From: Okeania sp.
GTDB taxonomy: Bacteria > Cyanobacteriota > Cyanobacteriia > Cyanobacteriales > Microcoleaceae
DNA length: 32,000 nucleotides
Assembly: GCF_035285525.1 (NCBI RefSeq)
Contig: NZ_JAYKGW010000193.1
Coordinates: 14,824-46,823, forward strand
Direction: 5' to 3'
A model generated the notes under the pieces. That model searched no databases, was not told the origin of the DNA, and saw only the letters and a program-made list of their open reading frames with translations. The position numbers and the translations under genes are program-made. Positions within the stretch are counted from its first letter, which is position 1, and each line of letters starts with the position of its first letter. Positions 7,485-16,287 of the stretch are shown piece after piece.

Positions 7485-10403
7485 CTAATTTCTAATTTGG
7501 AAGTTATCCTCAGTAATAGTAGGCGCACCAGCCAGGGTAACAAAGCGAGTAGGATCGCCACCTACATTGTAAAATAGACCTCCAGAAACTTGACTGTAAA
7601 CAATTGCAGCATCAGAACCACCAACAGCACCATTGTTGTTCACGATGTCAAAATCACTGTTAACACTGAAACCTATTCCAGCATCACTATCAAGTCCAGT
7701 GAAGGTTGACTTATCTAAAAGAATCAAATCGTTGTCTCGGAAATCATTGATAGTATCAACACCGAAATCATCAACATTAAATTCATCATTACTATTGAAG
7801 ATAAAGCGGTCAATACTTGCTCCACCAGTTAAAGTATCGTCACCAGCACCACCATTGATGCGATCTCGACCTTGACCACCTTTCAACATATCATTGCCAG
7901 CACCACCAAATAGGCGATCGTTACCTTGACGACCTTGAAGTTCATCGTTACCATTCTTACCGTACAAAGAGTCACTGCCACGGTTGCCAATTATTTGATC
8001 GTTACCAGCACCACCTACTAAGGTGTCATTACCATCAAAACCTTTAATGAGATCGTTTTCACCTGTACCATTGAGACGCTCTGCATCATCAGTACCTTCA
8101 AACACTTCACCAGCAGCCACTCCTAATCTTGGGTCTAGGTTTAGAGGCTCGTCTAGATCTATTTGGATAATTTCGTTATTATCAATGTCTGGTCCGCGGC
8201 CAATGGAGAAAGGATAGTTGTTGTCGTTAGCAACTAGAATTGTATCTTCATCTAAAACTAACACATCTTCAATAGTTACAAACGGGAAGGTAAAGGTATT
8301 TTCACCATCACCATTGAGGTCATCGGGGTCTGGAATATTTAGTAAGTCAACAACTTCTTCTTTGGCAACAAAACCTTGAGCATCAATGTCAGAAATGTCA
8401 ATCTTGAAGATTTTCTTGAACCCAGCATCTTCTCCTTGATTGTTATCCCGTTCAATAACTAAAAACTCAGTGTTATTGATAGGAGTAAAGTCACCAATTG
8501 GATGACCAGCGACATCAGTAGGATAGAAACCGATTAAGTTGTTGAAAGAACTAGAAGCAGGCTCGAACTCATAAAGTCTGAGAGCATTATTTGGATCGCC
8601 GACAACTGCACCTTCTAATAAAGGATAGAAAGTTTCGCGATCTGGACTGAATGCCATACCTTCATAACCACGGGAACCAGATAGGTTAGACTTGCCTGCT
8701 TCTACATTTGGGTTTTGAGGAGAACGAACTTCATCAGATGTGATTTGGTCAACTACATTTCGACCTGTTTCTGGGAAATCAGTAAAGAAACCATCAACCC
8801 CTAAATTAATTAACTGCTCGAACTCTGCTTCTGGAGTTTGAGGGTTGCCAGATTCATCTAAAACTAGATACCGCTCTTCATTACGCAAGGTATAAGGATG
8901 AATTTGCATTCCTGCATCGTGCGCCCATTCAATATAAGGTCGGATCTCACCAGTCAATTGTGAACCAATTTCAGCAACACCATCGCCATTGCCATCAACT
9001 GGTTCATCTAAAGATTCTCGTAGCACGAAGCTATTTTTCCAAGGGCCTAGACCTTCGGCATAGTTTTCACCGATGTAGTCAATAACATTTGCATTTGCTA
9101 GATCGCCGTAGTTGGTCTCAGCAGTGAACTCGATGGGGAAGCCGTCGTAAATACTAGGATCGGCATTTTCATCATCGCTGAAGTTATAAACGATATCGTA
9201 AGGAACGGAAAAACCGCCGCCGTTGTCGTTAATAAATGCTCCTTCTACATCTCCGAAAAGTTGTACTAAAGGAATATCAATACCAGCCTCTGGCATGATA
9301 TTGTTTTGTAAATCCAATAGATTCTCGATTTCAAAAGACTGGATGAAAATGCGGTCGGGGTCTGTGAAACCTGTATCTTGCAGGGTTTGAATTAGAGGTT
9401 CTTCTAAGGATAAATCCTGTAGGTCAAAAAATGTGGGGTGTTTGGTTTCTGGATAGATACCAACTTCAACTCCTGTATCTGCTTCTGCGGTTTGAACCAG
9501 TTCGATGATTTCTTCAAGAGTAGGAATTTCAAACTGACCGTTGAAAGATTGGTCGCGGAAGTCACGAGGTTGAACAGCGCGTAGTTGTTTGATTTCTTCT
9601 AGGGTGAAGTCTTCTGCAAAGTAACCAGTTGTTTCTGCACCGTCAAGATTTTTGGTGCTTTGACGCTCCGGACCGAATACTTCAGCAACGTTAGTTGTAT
9701 CATCTAATAGTGGTTCGTGACGAGCAATAAGAAAACCGTCGGATGTGGTTACTAAGTCTGGTTCGATAAAGTCTGCACCTTGCTCGATGGCTAGTTGGTA
9801 AGCTTCGAGGGTGTGTTCGGGTAGTTCTCCACTTGCACCCCTGTGTCCAACAACTAAAGGAACTTGACCGTTGAGGGTATTGAATTGAAATTCTGGGTTT
9901 GGTGTAGCAATGGGAGCTTCTAGTAAAGTTCCTTCACTATCGAAGTGTAAGATATAAGGGCCAAATTCTTCTCCGATCCAAATATCGCCATTATTAGCTA
10001 TAACAAATGACTCGATATCAAAGTCTGCTCCAGTTAGGAAGCGATCGCCTGTTTCGTTGATAATATCAAAAGGTATGAGATTATTTGGGTCTGCTAGTTG
10101 AACGAATCCTTGAATTTCAACGCTAGTATCACCATCTTCTGTTCCAGCAAAGTCTGGGTCTACTTGATATAGTCTGAGTAGATAATCAGGACTATTGCTT
10201 TGAGCGCCAAAACCGTTGTCAGACAAGAACCAAAAAGTGCTGCCATCTTCGCTATCAGGAGCAAATTGAACGGCGCTAAAACCTTGGACTGGTTGATCGT
10301 CAAATGGCACTTCCCTATTGTCTGTTTCGATAAAGTTTCCAGATGATGGACCCTCTGCAAAGGTATCTGCTGGTAATACGGCAAATCCTACTAATTCTGG
10401 CAT
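7485..10403 (-). CDS. Secreted multidomain glycerophosphodiester phosphodiesterase: phytase-like esterase halves flanking a GDPD domain, C-terminal RTX Ca-binding repeats
   Basis: 972-aa ORF. GDPD motifs are VVGHRGASGELPEHT and FIEPDL (aa ~183-550). The phytase-like blocks are FWFLSDNGFG (N-terminal) and GYEGMAFSPD (aa ~575-750). At least 8 GGxGxD nonapeptides sit at aa ~776-865 (nt ~7809-8078). There is no N-terminal signal peptide. Confidence 0.9.
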   Translation of the reverse strand: MPELVGFAVLPADTFAEGPSSGNFIETDNREVPFDDQPVQGFSAVQFAPDSEDGSTFWFLSDNGFGAQSNSPDYLLRLYQVDPDFAGTEDGDTSVEIQGFVQLADPNNLIPFDIINETGDRFLTGADFDIESFVIANNGDIWIGEEFGPYILHFDSEGTLLEAPIATPNPEFQFNTLNGQVPLVVGHRGASGELPEHTLEAYQLAIEQGADFIEPDLVTTSDGFLIARHEPLLDDTTNVAEVFGPERQSTKNLDGAETTGYFAEDFTLEEIKQLRAVQPRDFRDQSFNGQFEIPTLEEIIELVQTAEADTGVEVGIYPETKHPTFFDLQDLSLEEPLIQTLQDTGFTDPDRIFIQSFEIENLLDLQNNIMPEAGIDIPLVQLFGDVEGAFINDNGGGFSVPYDIVYNFSDDENADPSIYDGFPIEFTAETNYGDLANANVIDYIGENYAEGLGPWKNSFVLRESLDEPVDGNGDGVAEIGSQLTGEIRPYIEWAHDAGMQIHPYTLRNEERYLVLDESGNPQTPEAEFEQLINLGVDGFFTDFPETGRNVVDQITSDEVRSPQNPNVEAGKSNLSGSRGYEGMAFSPDRETFYPLLEGAVVGDPNNALRLYEFEPASSSFNNLIGFYPTDVAGHPIGDFTPINNTEFLVIERDNNQGEDAGFKKIFKIDISDIDAQGFVAKEEVVDLLNIPDPDDLNGDGENTFTFPFVTIEDVLVLDEDTILVANDNNYPFSIGRGPDIDNNEIIQIDLDEPLNLDPRLGVAAGEVFEGTDDAERLNGTGENDLIKGFDGNDTLVGGAGNDQIIGNRGSDSLYGKNGNDELQGRQGNDRLFGGAGNDMLKGGQGRDRINGGAGDDTLTGGASIDRFIFNSNDEFNVDDFGVDTINDFRDNDLILLDKSTFTGLDSDAGIGFSVNSDFDIVNNNGAVGGSDAAIVYSQVSGGLFYNVGGDPTRFVTLAGAPTITEDNFQIRN

Positions 10404-10630
10404 TTTATTTTTTTCTCACCCTTGTAAGTTTACAGAAATTCCTTAGATTCACTTTCTATATAGAAAGATTGTTTTTGAAGACATAAAGATATGACTCCAT
10501 CTATTTCCTAATCAGGTGTTAGGAATTAATCTAAGTTGAAAATACAAATCTACTCAAATGTCTGATTGACTTTTGTAGTTTTGATTTGTTGGGAAATTTT
10601 CAATAATTCCTTGGATATAGTATTAGATGA

Positions 10631-10682
10631 ATATTAAGTTAATGTTTAGAACAGGTTAAGATAAGATTTAATTTAGGTTAAG
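10631..10682 (-). promoter_or_regulatory. Candidate Pho box array (SphR/PhoB site) upstream of the GDPD gene
   Basis: The minus strand reads CTTAACCT aaa TTAAATCT tat CTTAACCT gtt CTAAACAT taa CTTAATAT. That is five 8-mers with 3-nt linkers (11-bp phase). Two are perfect matches and one a near match to PyTTAAPyPy(T/A). A TACTAT/TATATC -10-like stretch follows about 12 nt downstream. Confidence 0.5.
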
Positions 10683-11320
10683 TAAGTTTAAAAAAATAGT
10701 TGCAGCAAATTCCTAAAAATATAAAGTAGTTCATCTAGTAGGAAAAGATATTAAGGAATGAAAATTTATTAACTTCCATATTTCCTGCACAGGAGCATTT
10801 TAGTGCGGTACTTATAGCCAATTTTTGTGGATATTATTTAATTCTCATTCCTAAGATAAGTTCAAAAACTACAGTTATGCCAGAATCAGGTTTTCGGCAT
10901 TTTAATCAGATAAAACAAGAGCAAAAAAAAGGCGATCGCTAATTATATTGATGAGTCATCGGAGATTATGAATTTTGTATAGAAACAGCAAAACAAAAGT
11001 ACGGAGATTACTTTCAAAATGAGGAGATTATTAAATATTATGCCATACTTCTTTATTAAGAAACAAAAAAGAAATTTCAGAAATAAGAAGGAGGAAGAAG
11101 GAGTAAATATTATTTCAAAAAAGGGGAAAATGATAGAGATAGCTGTTTAAAATTAATGGGATAGGGTTTGAGTTTAGAGACCAAATCCCTACATTTTTTT
11201 GCACAAATTTAAAGATTGCTATACATAACTCATTTTCTTCTAGAGCTAGATAAAATTCAATTATTAATCTTCCTTTCTACTTCTAATTTCTCCCTTCTAA
11301 TTTCTTTCTTATTCCTTCTT

Positions 11321-12055
11321 TTAATAATCAATAGGTAAACCATAATATTCAAGAGTTGAAGTATCTTGAATAATATTTTGCATAGAATTATCTACTTTAA
11401 TTTGACCAGACTGCAAAATCAAACCACGTTCAGTTACTTTGCTAACCCAGTGTAGATCGTGGGAAGCAATTAAAATAATTTTAACTGGTAATCTTAAGAT
11501 AATTTCAGCTAAGTTACGTCTCCATAGAGGATCTAAACCATTTGTTGGTTCATCTAATATTAAAATATCTGGTTTTAATGCTAAAACTGCTGCTAAAGCT
11601 GCTAATTTTTTTTGACCTCCTGAAAGTTCATAAACTGAACGATTTGCATATTTTTCTAAACCAAATCTTACTAACAAATTTTCAGCAATTTCTGTGGCAT
11701 TTTCTGGTGATAAACCATAGTTAAGAGGACCAAAAGTTATATCTTCTAAAATAGTAGGCATAAATAATTGGTCGTCAGGATTTTGGAAACAAAAACCTAT
11801 CTGACGACGTACTTCAGATAAAGTTTTTTCTTGTAACAAAATTCCTTGAATCCAAACTTCACCAGATAAGGGTTTTTTTAAGCCTACTAAAGTTTCCATA
11901 AAGGTGCTTTTACCTGTACCAGTAGGTCCTAATAAAGCAACTCTTTCTCCTGGTTTAATTATTAATGAAAGATTATCTAAAATAGGTTCATTTTGTGCAT
12001 ATTGAAATAATAAATCTTTGACATAGATTCCAGCTTTTAATTTTTCCTCTTGCAT
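11321..12055 (-). CDS. cbiO: ECF transporter ATPase component (CbiO/EcfA-like)
   Basis: Walker A is GPTGTGKS, the signature is LSGGQKK, and Walker B is ILILDEPT. I place the start at the ATG 12055-12053 (MQEEKL...). The track ORF extends to a TTG at 12091 through a GGGAGTA heptamer tract. Confidence 0.85.
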   Translation of the reverse strand: MQEEKLKAGIYVKDLLFQYAQNEPILDNLSLIIKPGERVALLGPTGTGKSTFMETLVGLKKPLSGEVWIQGILLQEKTLSEVRRQIGFCFQNPDDQLFMPTILEDITFGPLNYGLSPENATEIAENLLVRFGLEKYANRSVYELSGGQKKLAALAAVLALKPDILILDEPTNGLDPLWRRNLAEIILRLPVKIILIASHDLHWVSKVTERGLILQSGQIKVDNSMQNIIQDTSTLEYYGLPIDY

Positions 12056-12089
12056 TTGTTTTTTAGGGAGTAGGGAGTAGGGAGTAGGC

Positions 12090-12281
12090 AAGCATTCAGC
12101 TATCAGCTATTGTCTTTAGTTTTCGATATAAACCTTTATTAATTGAGCTAACTTAATTGGTTTGAGGTAACAGTTTTATTAATTAACACGAAACTATAGC
12201 TTACTATAAAAGCTGAGTTTTATTGCTGTTAGCGCAGCTCTGACCCAGGAGGCTAGCTGACAGCTAATAGCTGAATGCTTA
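12090..12281. mobile_element. MITE-like element with AAGCATTCAGCTAT(T/C)AGCT terminal inverted repeats
   Basis: The left end 12090-12112 and the right end 12260-12281 are reverse complements with one mismatch. The same termini recur at 13645-13986, 22271-22315, 25830-26000 and 28457-28814. Confidence 0.6.
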
Positions 12282-12396
12282 CGGGAGTAGTAAACTTCTC
12301 CAGAAAATAGGGAATAGGCAATAGGCAATAGGAAATAGACTGATGATGAATCTTAGGCTAGTAAATGTTTTTCTAACTATTACCTGTTTTTTACTA

Positions 12397-13188
12397 CTAT
12401 AAAACAAATAATTCTGTCACAATTAAACTAACAGAAATTATTAGAGCCAGAAATAGATATATTAAATCAGAGTCAAATTGAATACCATTTCTAGAAATAG
12501 AATATATAAACTGATTTTCTTGATTGACTACTGTATTACCATAACCACGCAATAACATTGCTTGATAAACTCGCTCTGCTTGTTGATAGCTTCGGACTAA
12601 AAGACTACCAGTAAGAGCAGCATAAATTGATAAATTTCTCCAACTAATTTTGCTTCTTTGAAAACCTCTTAATTTAGTAGCTTTGAACATCATATTAAGT
12701 TGATGAGATAATTCAAAAATATAACGATAAGATAATAGCAACATATCGGTAATAATAGGAGAAATTCCTAAATTTCTTATTCCTTTTACGGTTGTTAAAA
12801 ACGAACTTGTACCAAATAAAACGAGACCAGTAGTTATAATAGCAAAAAAACGACTAACAATTAATATAACTGCTAGACAACCTTCTTGGCGAATTGTCAA
12901 AAATCCCCATTGCCAAATAATTGTTTGACCAGAAAGAAAAGGCAATAAAATAATTACCCCAAGTAAAAAAAATCCTGGATAACGTAAACGACTTACTAAA
13001 AATGATAAAGGCAATTTAGAAATTCTATAAAGTATTAGAGTTACTAAGACCATCAATGGTATTAAATACCAATTATTAATTGTCGCAAAGGCAAACATTA
13101 ATGTGATTAAACCAATCAGTTTATATCTCACATCCCATTGATGTATTGGGGAGTTTAAATTAGCATACTGGTCTAGAGCAAACTTCAT
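12397..13188 (-). CDS. cbiQ: ECF transporter transmembrane (T) component CbiQ
   Basis: 263-aa polytopic ORF. The D.R.K(L/I) start and the C-terminal A...RG..(ARG-type) coupling motifs (KATKLRGF, AMLLRGY) are typical of CbiQ/EcfT. Confidence 0.85.
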   Translation of the reverse strand: MKFALDQYANLNSPIHQWDVRYKLIGLITLMFAFATINNWYLIPLMVLVTLILYRISKLPLSFLVSRLRYPGFFLLGVIILLPFLSGQTIIWQWGFLTIRQEGCLAVILIVSRFFAIITTGLVLFGTSSFLTTVKGIRNLGISPIITDMLLLSYRYIFELSHQLNMMFKATKLRGFQRSKISWRNLSIYAALTGSLLVRSYQQAERVYQAMLLRGYGNTVVNQENQFIYSISRNGIQFDSDLIYLFLALIISVSLIVTELFVL

Positions 13189-13239
13189 AACTACAAATGG
13201 ATAATGAATAATTAATAATTAATAATCGATAATTAATAA

Positions 13240-13534
13240 TTAGGGCTTGCTGATTAAACATAAAAGCATTGACAGGTAAAGTTTTCAAGCTTTGCAGGTA
13301 CTAATAAAGTACCAGCTTTTAGGTAATTTCGGTACGGTTCCCGAAAAATCATGTTTTCTAAGATTTTGGGCAATATAGGGGAGAAAATCACTCTGATTGA
13401 TATTCTCTATGGACGTTGCATAAGGGCGTCCCTACTCTTCTATAATTCTCATTCCCATACGGATTCTGGATTGCAGGATTGCAGGATTCTGGCTCCCTCC
13501 CTAGAATAAAAGACTTTTTCAGCAGACTCTAATT
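13240..13534. mobile_element. MITE-like element, family with TTAGGGCTTGCTGA ... TCAGCA(A/G)(G/A)C(C/T)CTAA termini
   Basis: TIR-like ends were read directly. It shares the internal blocks GTACGGTTCCCGAAAAAT and TCTATAATTCTCATT with 14994-15240. Solo ends occur at ~4488-4552, 21160-21262, 21381-21445, 22119-22132 and 28290-28312. Confidence 0.6.
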
Positions 13535-13644
13535 ATAGCAATTTGCAAAGTTCTAAAGTACAGTTGTTTTTCTTCTTTTCTATTCCCTTAAACCTAAAGT
13601 TTTATACTTCATAAAAATGGAAAGTGCTGCGATAATTAATACTT

Positions 13645-13986
13645 AAGAAGTCAGCATTCAGCTATTAGCTTTCAGCTAGCCTCCAGGGTCAGAGCTGCGC
13701 TATCTTTGTCGATTCGATATGGGGAGGAAACCTCCTCATCCCTCGACCGCTTTTTCCTGACGGAATGATCCCCTTTGCATCTCCCACAGCTTTTCATGTA
13801 GGCTCTTAGACAAAAACAGCAATAAAAACCTCAACTTTCAGGAGGAGATTTAAACGAATAAAGAAAGTGAAAACTGAATTTTGTAGTCAGATAAAGTTTC
13901 TGATTTATTGGGAACCGTATAATAAAGCTTTTATCTAAAATTGAAACCAATAGCTGACCGCTAAATGCTGACTGCTGACTGCTTAC
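13645..13986. mobile_element. Composite or nested repeat with AGCATTCAGCTATTAGC-type ends; right 156 bp homologous to 25861-26000
   Basis: 13653-13701 is the reverse complement (47/49) of 12230-12278. 13831-13986 aligns with 25861-26000 (TTTAAACGAATA...TTTTGTAGTCA.ATAAA.TTTCTGATT...GGGAACCG...ATAAAGCTTTTAT). Confidence 0.6.
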
Positions 13987-14293
13987 CTTAAGAAACCTTG
14001 TGTACAACTTTCTACGAAAATATAATGGCTGATTACCAAACAATTAATAATTAATAGTTAATAATTAATAATCAAGAGTTTATAGTCAATAATTATTCAT
14101 TCAATAATTCGCGCCTTGAAGCTTCCCCTATCCTAGGGGATAAATAAAAAATTTTCCTTTTAGTCAATCCCCTTATCTTTAAGAAGGGGTAATTATTAAT
14201 TATTTTTCATTGTTAATTGCTGAACATAGGGCTAAAAAGGTTATTTTCAGAACCTCCTAACTTACGAAATTTAGGACAAGTTGCACAAGATGT

Positions 14294-14938
14294 TTAAGAA
14301 GGTAAAAGTTCTGGCATAACTCGATGCAAAAAACTGATAACCATTGCAGTTAAAATTCCTTCTATTCCCATCAAAGGAATATGAGCAATCATTAATCCAT
14401 AAATAGCTGTTTGTTCAAATGAACTATTAAACCCAGAGGGAAGATTTGTAATTATTATGCTAAAAAATATTAAACTAGATACTCCTATTGCACTAGCTCC
14501 AGCAATAAAAGCAAAAATTAGCATTGATAAATTTTCCCTAATTCCTTTTCCAAAAACATGACGTAATTGAAATATTTGATAAGCTACAATTGCGGGTATT
14601 CCCATAATTAAAGCATTAATTCCTAAAGTAGTTAAGCCACCATGTCCAAACATTATTCCCTGAAAAAATAAACCAATTAATATTGCTGGAAAAGCATAAT
14701 AACCTAATACAGTTCCTAACAATCCATTCAACACTAAATGAATGCTAACTGGCGGAATAGGAATATGAATACTAGAAGCAACAAAAAAGGCTGCTGTTAA
14801 TAAAGAAGCTTTGGGAATACTTGCTTGAGGATTTGGTAAACGATTAATTTCGCGTAGAGAACGCCAAGTAACTAAAGAGGTAATTCCATAGCCACTAATA
14901 CAAAGTTGAGCTGGTAGAATGCCTTCTGAAATATGCAT
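14294..14938 (-). CDS. cbiM: ECF substrate-specific component CbiM/NikM family
   Basis: 214-aa polytopic ORF. It starts MHISEGILPA, matching the conserved M-H-x-x-E/D-G metal-ligating N-terminus of CbiM/NikM. Confidence 0.9.
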   Translation of the reverse strand: MHISEGILPAQLCISGYGITSLVTWRSLREINRLPNPQASIPKASLLTAAFFVASSIHIPIPPVSIHLVLNGLLGTVLGYYAFPAILIGLFFQGIMFGHGGLTTLGINALIMGIPAIVAYQIFQLRHVFGKGIRENLSMLIFAFIAGASAIGVSSLIFFSIIITNLPSGFNSSFEQTAIYGLMIAHIPLMGIEGILTAMVISFLHRVMPELLPS

Positions 14939-14977
14939 TGTAAAAATTGAAAATTAGACTAATTGATAATAATTAAT

Positions 14978-15374
14978 AATTAATAATGGATAATTAAGGT
15001 TTACTGAATAAATACTAAAGCCTTTCAAGATAAAAAATCAGCATTTTTAAATCTCTAAAAACTGCCAGCTTTTAAGTCTTGAAAGTACGGTTCCCGAAAA
15101 ATAAAAAAATTAGAATTTTAGGCTAACTATGGTAGAAAAATTAAAGGACGATTTTTCCTGCTACCTCCTCTATAATTCTCATTTCTCCTGACTCCTGAAT
15201 CCTACTGTTACTCATAATACTTTTTCAGCAAGCCCTAATTAGGCTTTGCTGATTAAATCTCAAAAAACCTAATTAATATCAAGAGGTTTAAAGCCTCTCG
15301 TTCCGAATAAATAATTGATAATTAGAGATAGTTTTTATTCTTAACTACTCATTATTAATTATCCATTATTAATT
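14978..15374. mobile_element. Composite insertion filling the cbiM-upstream spacer, bounded by perfect 20-bp inverted repeats
   Basis: AATTAATAATGGATAATTAA at 14978-14997 is the exact reverse complement of 15355-15374. Inside lie a 247-bp TTAGGG-family MITE (14994-15240) and a mini-copy (15239-15274). Confidence 0.6.
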
Positions 15375-15376
15375 AC

Positions 15377-15874
15377 TTATTGTGGTTGATCTTGAGTTTT
15401 AAATCGCCAGAAAAATAAACCAGTGCCTATAAATCCCCACATAACACAACCGATCATTAATCCTTTTTGTAGTGGATTATATTCATTAGATGTACTTGCT
15501 AAATAATAGTTACTATTGCTGATTTTTTGACTATCAGAATTTTGAGACTTATCTACTTGAAAAGGCACACTAACTAACTCGCCATGACCAGCTTGACGTA
15601 CTTTAATTTCCCAATATCCAGACTGAGAAGAATCAGGGGAAAAAATAAAGTTTCCTTTCTCATCTGTTGTGCCTTTTAACCAAGGTTTATTCGGAACATT
15701 AGGAGCATAAACTGTTACTGTTGCATTCGCTAAAGGAGTACCACTATCATAAGTAGCATTAATCTGGATTGCTGGAGTAATTTGATGTTGAATTTTTACT
15801 CCATGAGCGCTCGTTTTCCGGTGCAAGCTCAGTACAGATAAAAATATTAAAGGAATAACGAATTGCCATTTCAT
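15377..15874 (-). CDS. Exported beta-rich protein with C-terminal TM anchor (carboxypeptidase-regulatory-like fold; NikL-like candidate)
   Basis: 165-aa ORF. The signal peptide is MKWQFVIPLIFLSVLSLHRKTSA|HG, so the mature N-terminus begins with His. It has TVTVYAP...TDEKGNFIF...GYWEIKV strands and a C-terminal helix LMIGCVMWGFIGTGLFFW. Confidence 0.7.
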   Translation of the reverse strand: MKWQFVIPLIFLSVLSLHRKTSAHGVKIQHQITPAIQINATYDSGTPLANATVTVYAPNVPNKPWLKGTTDEKGNFIFSPDSSQSGYWEIKVRQAGHGELVSVPFQVDKSQNSDSQKISNSNYYLASTSNEYNPLQKGLMIGCVMWGFIGTGLFFWRFKTQDQPQ

Positions 15875-15991
15875 ACCTTACCTCTATTCATGGTCACTTC
15901 AACAATTTTGCAATTCTTTATATTGTGAAATGATTTCTTGTAGAATGGGGTTTATTTTATAGAAAATCCTGAATTGCTAAAATAAATCTAC

Positions 15992-16202
15992 CAGGAGTCA
16001 GTATTCAGAAGTCAGAAGTCAGAAGTTAAATTATTAAAGTGAAGCGATCGCTACCTTTAACTATTGCACAATGGTTTTTTTACTCCATATATAGTACATT
16101 GACCTAAGTCCTGTAAAATCTCCAAACTATAACGTTATAGTTTCATCAGAAATCAGAAGTCACAAGTCACAAGTCACAAGTTAGAAGTTAAATTATTAAA
16201 GT
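15992..16202. repeat. Two CAGAAGT/CACAAGT heptamer tracts, each ending in GAAGTTAAATTATTAAAGT, flanking a fragment of the AGGACTTACG palindromic element
   Basis: There are 5 units at 15992-16026 and 6 units at 16147-16188. The shared 20-nt tails are at 16021-16040 and 16183-16202. Confidence 0.85.
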
Positions 16203-16287
16203 CAGATGAGGATAAAAAAAATAAGATGCCGTATTTCAAGGCTCCTGACTCCATGAGGTACTAATAACTAATAACTGAAATACCCCA

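Noticed and set aside
12056-12091. TTG-initiated 12-codon N-terminal extension of cbiO
   Set aside because: It is encoded entirely by the GGGAGTA heptamer tract. The conventional ATG (12055) gives the expected distance to Walker A.
13189-14293. Search for a hidden or degraded cbiN between cbiM and cbiQ
   Set aside because: Hand translation of the coding strand shows only very short ORFs. The interval is accounted for by AT heptamers, a 295-bp MITE and a 342-bp composite repeat. No two-TM CbiN-like sequence is present.
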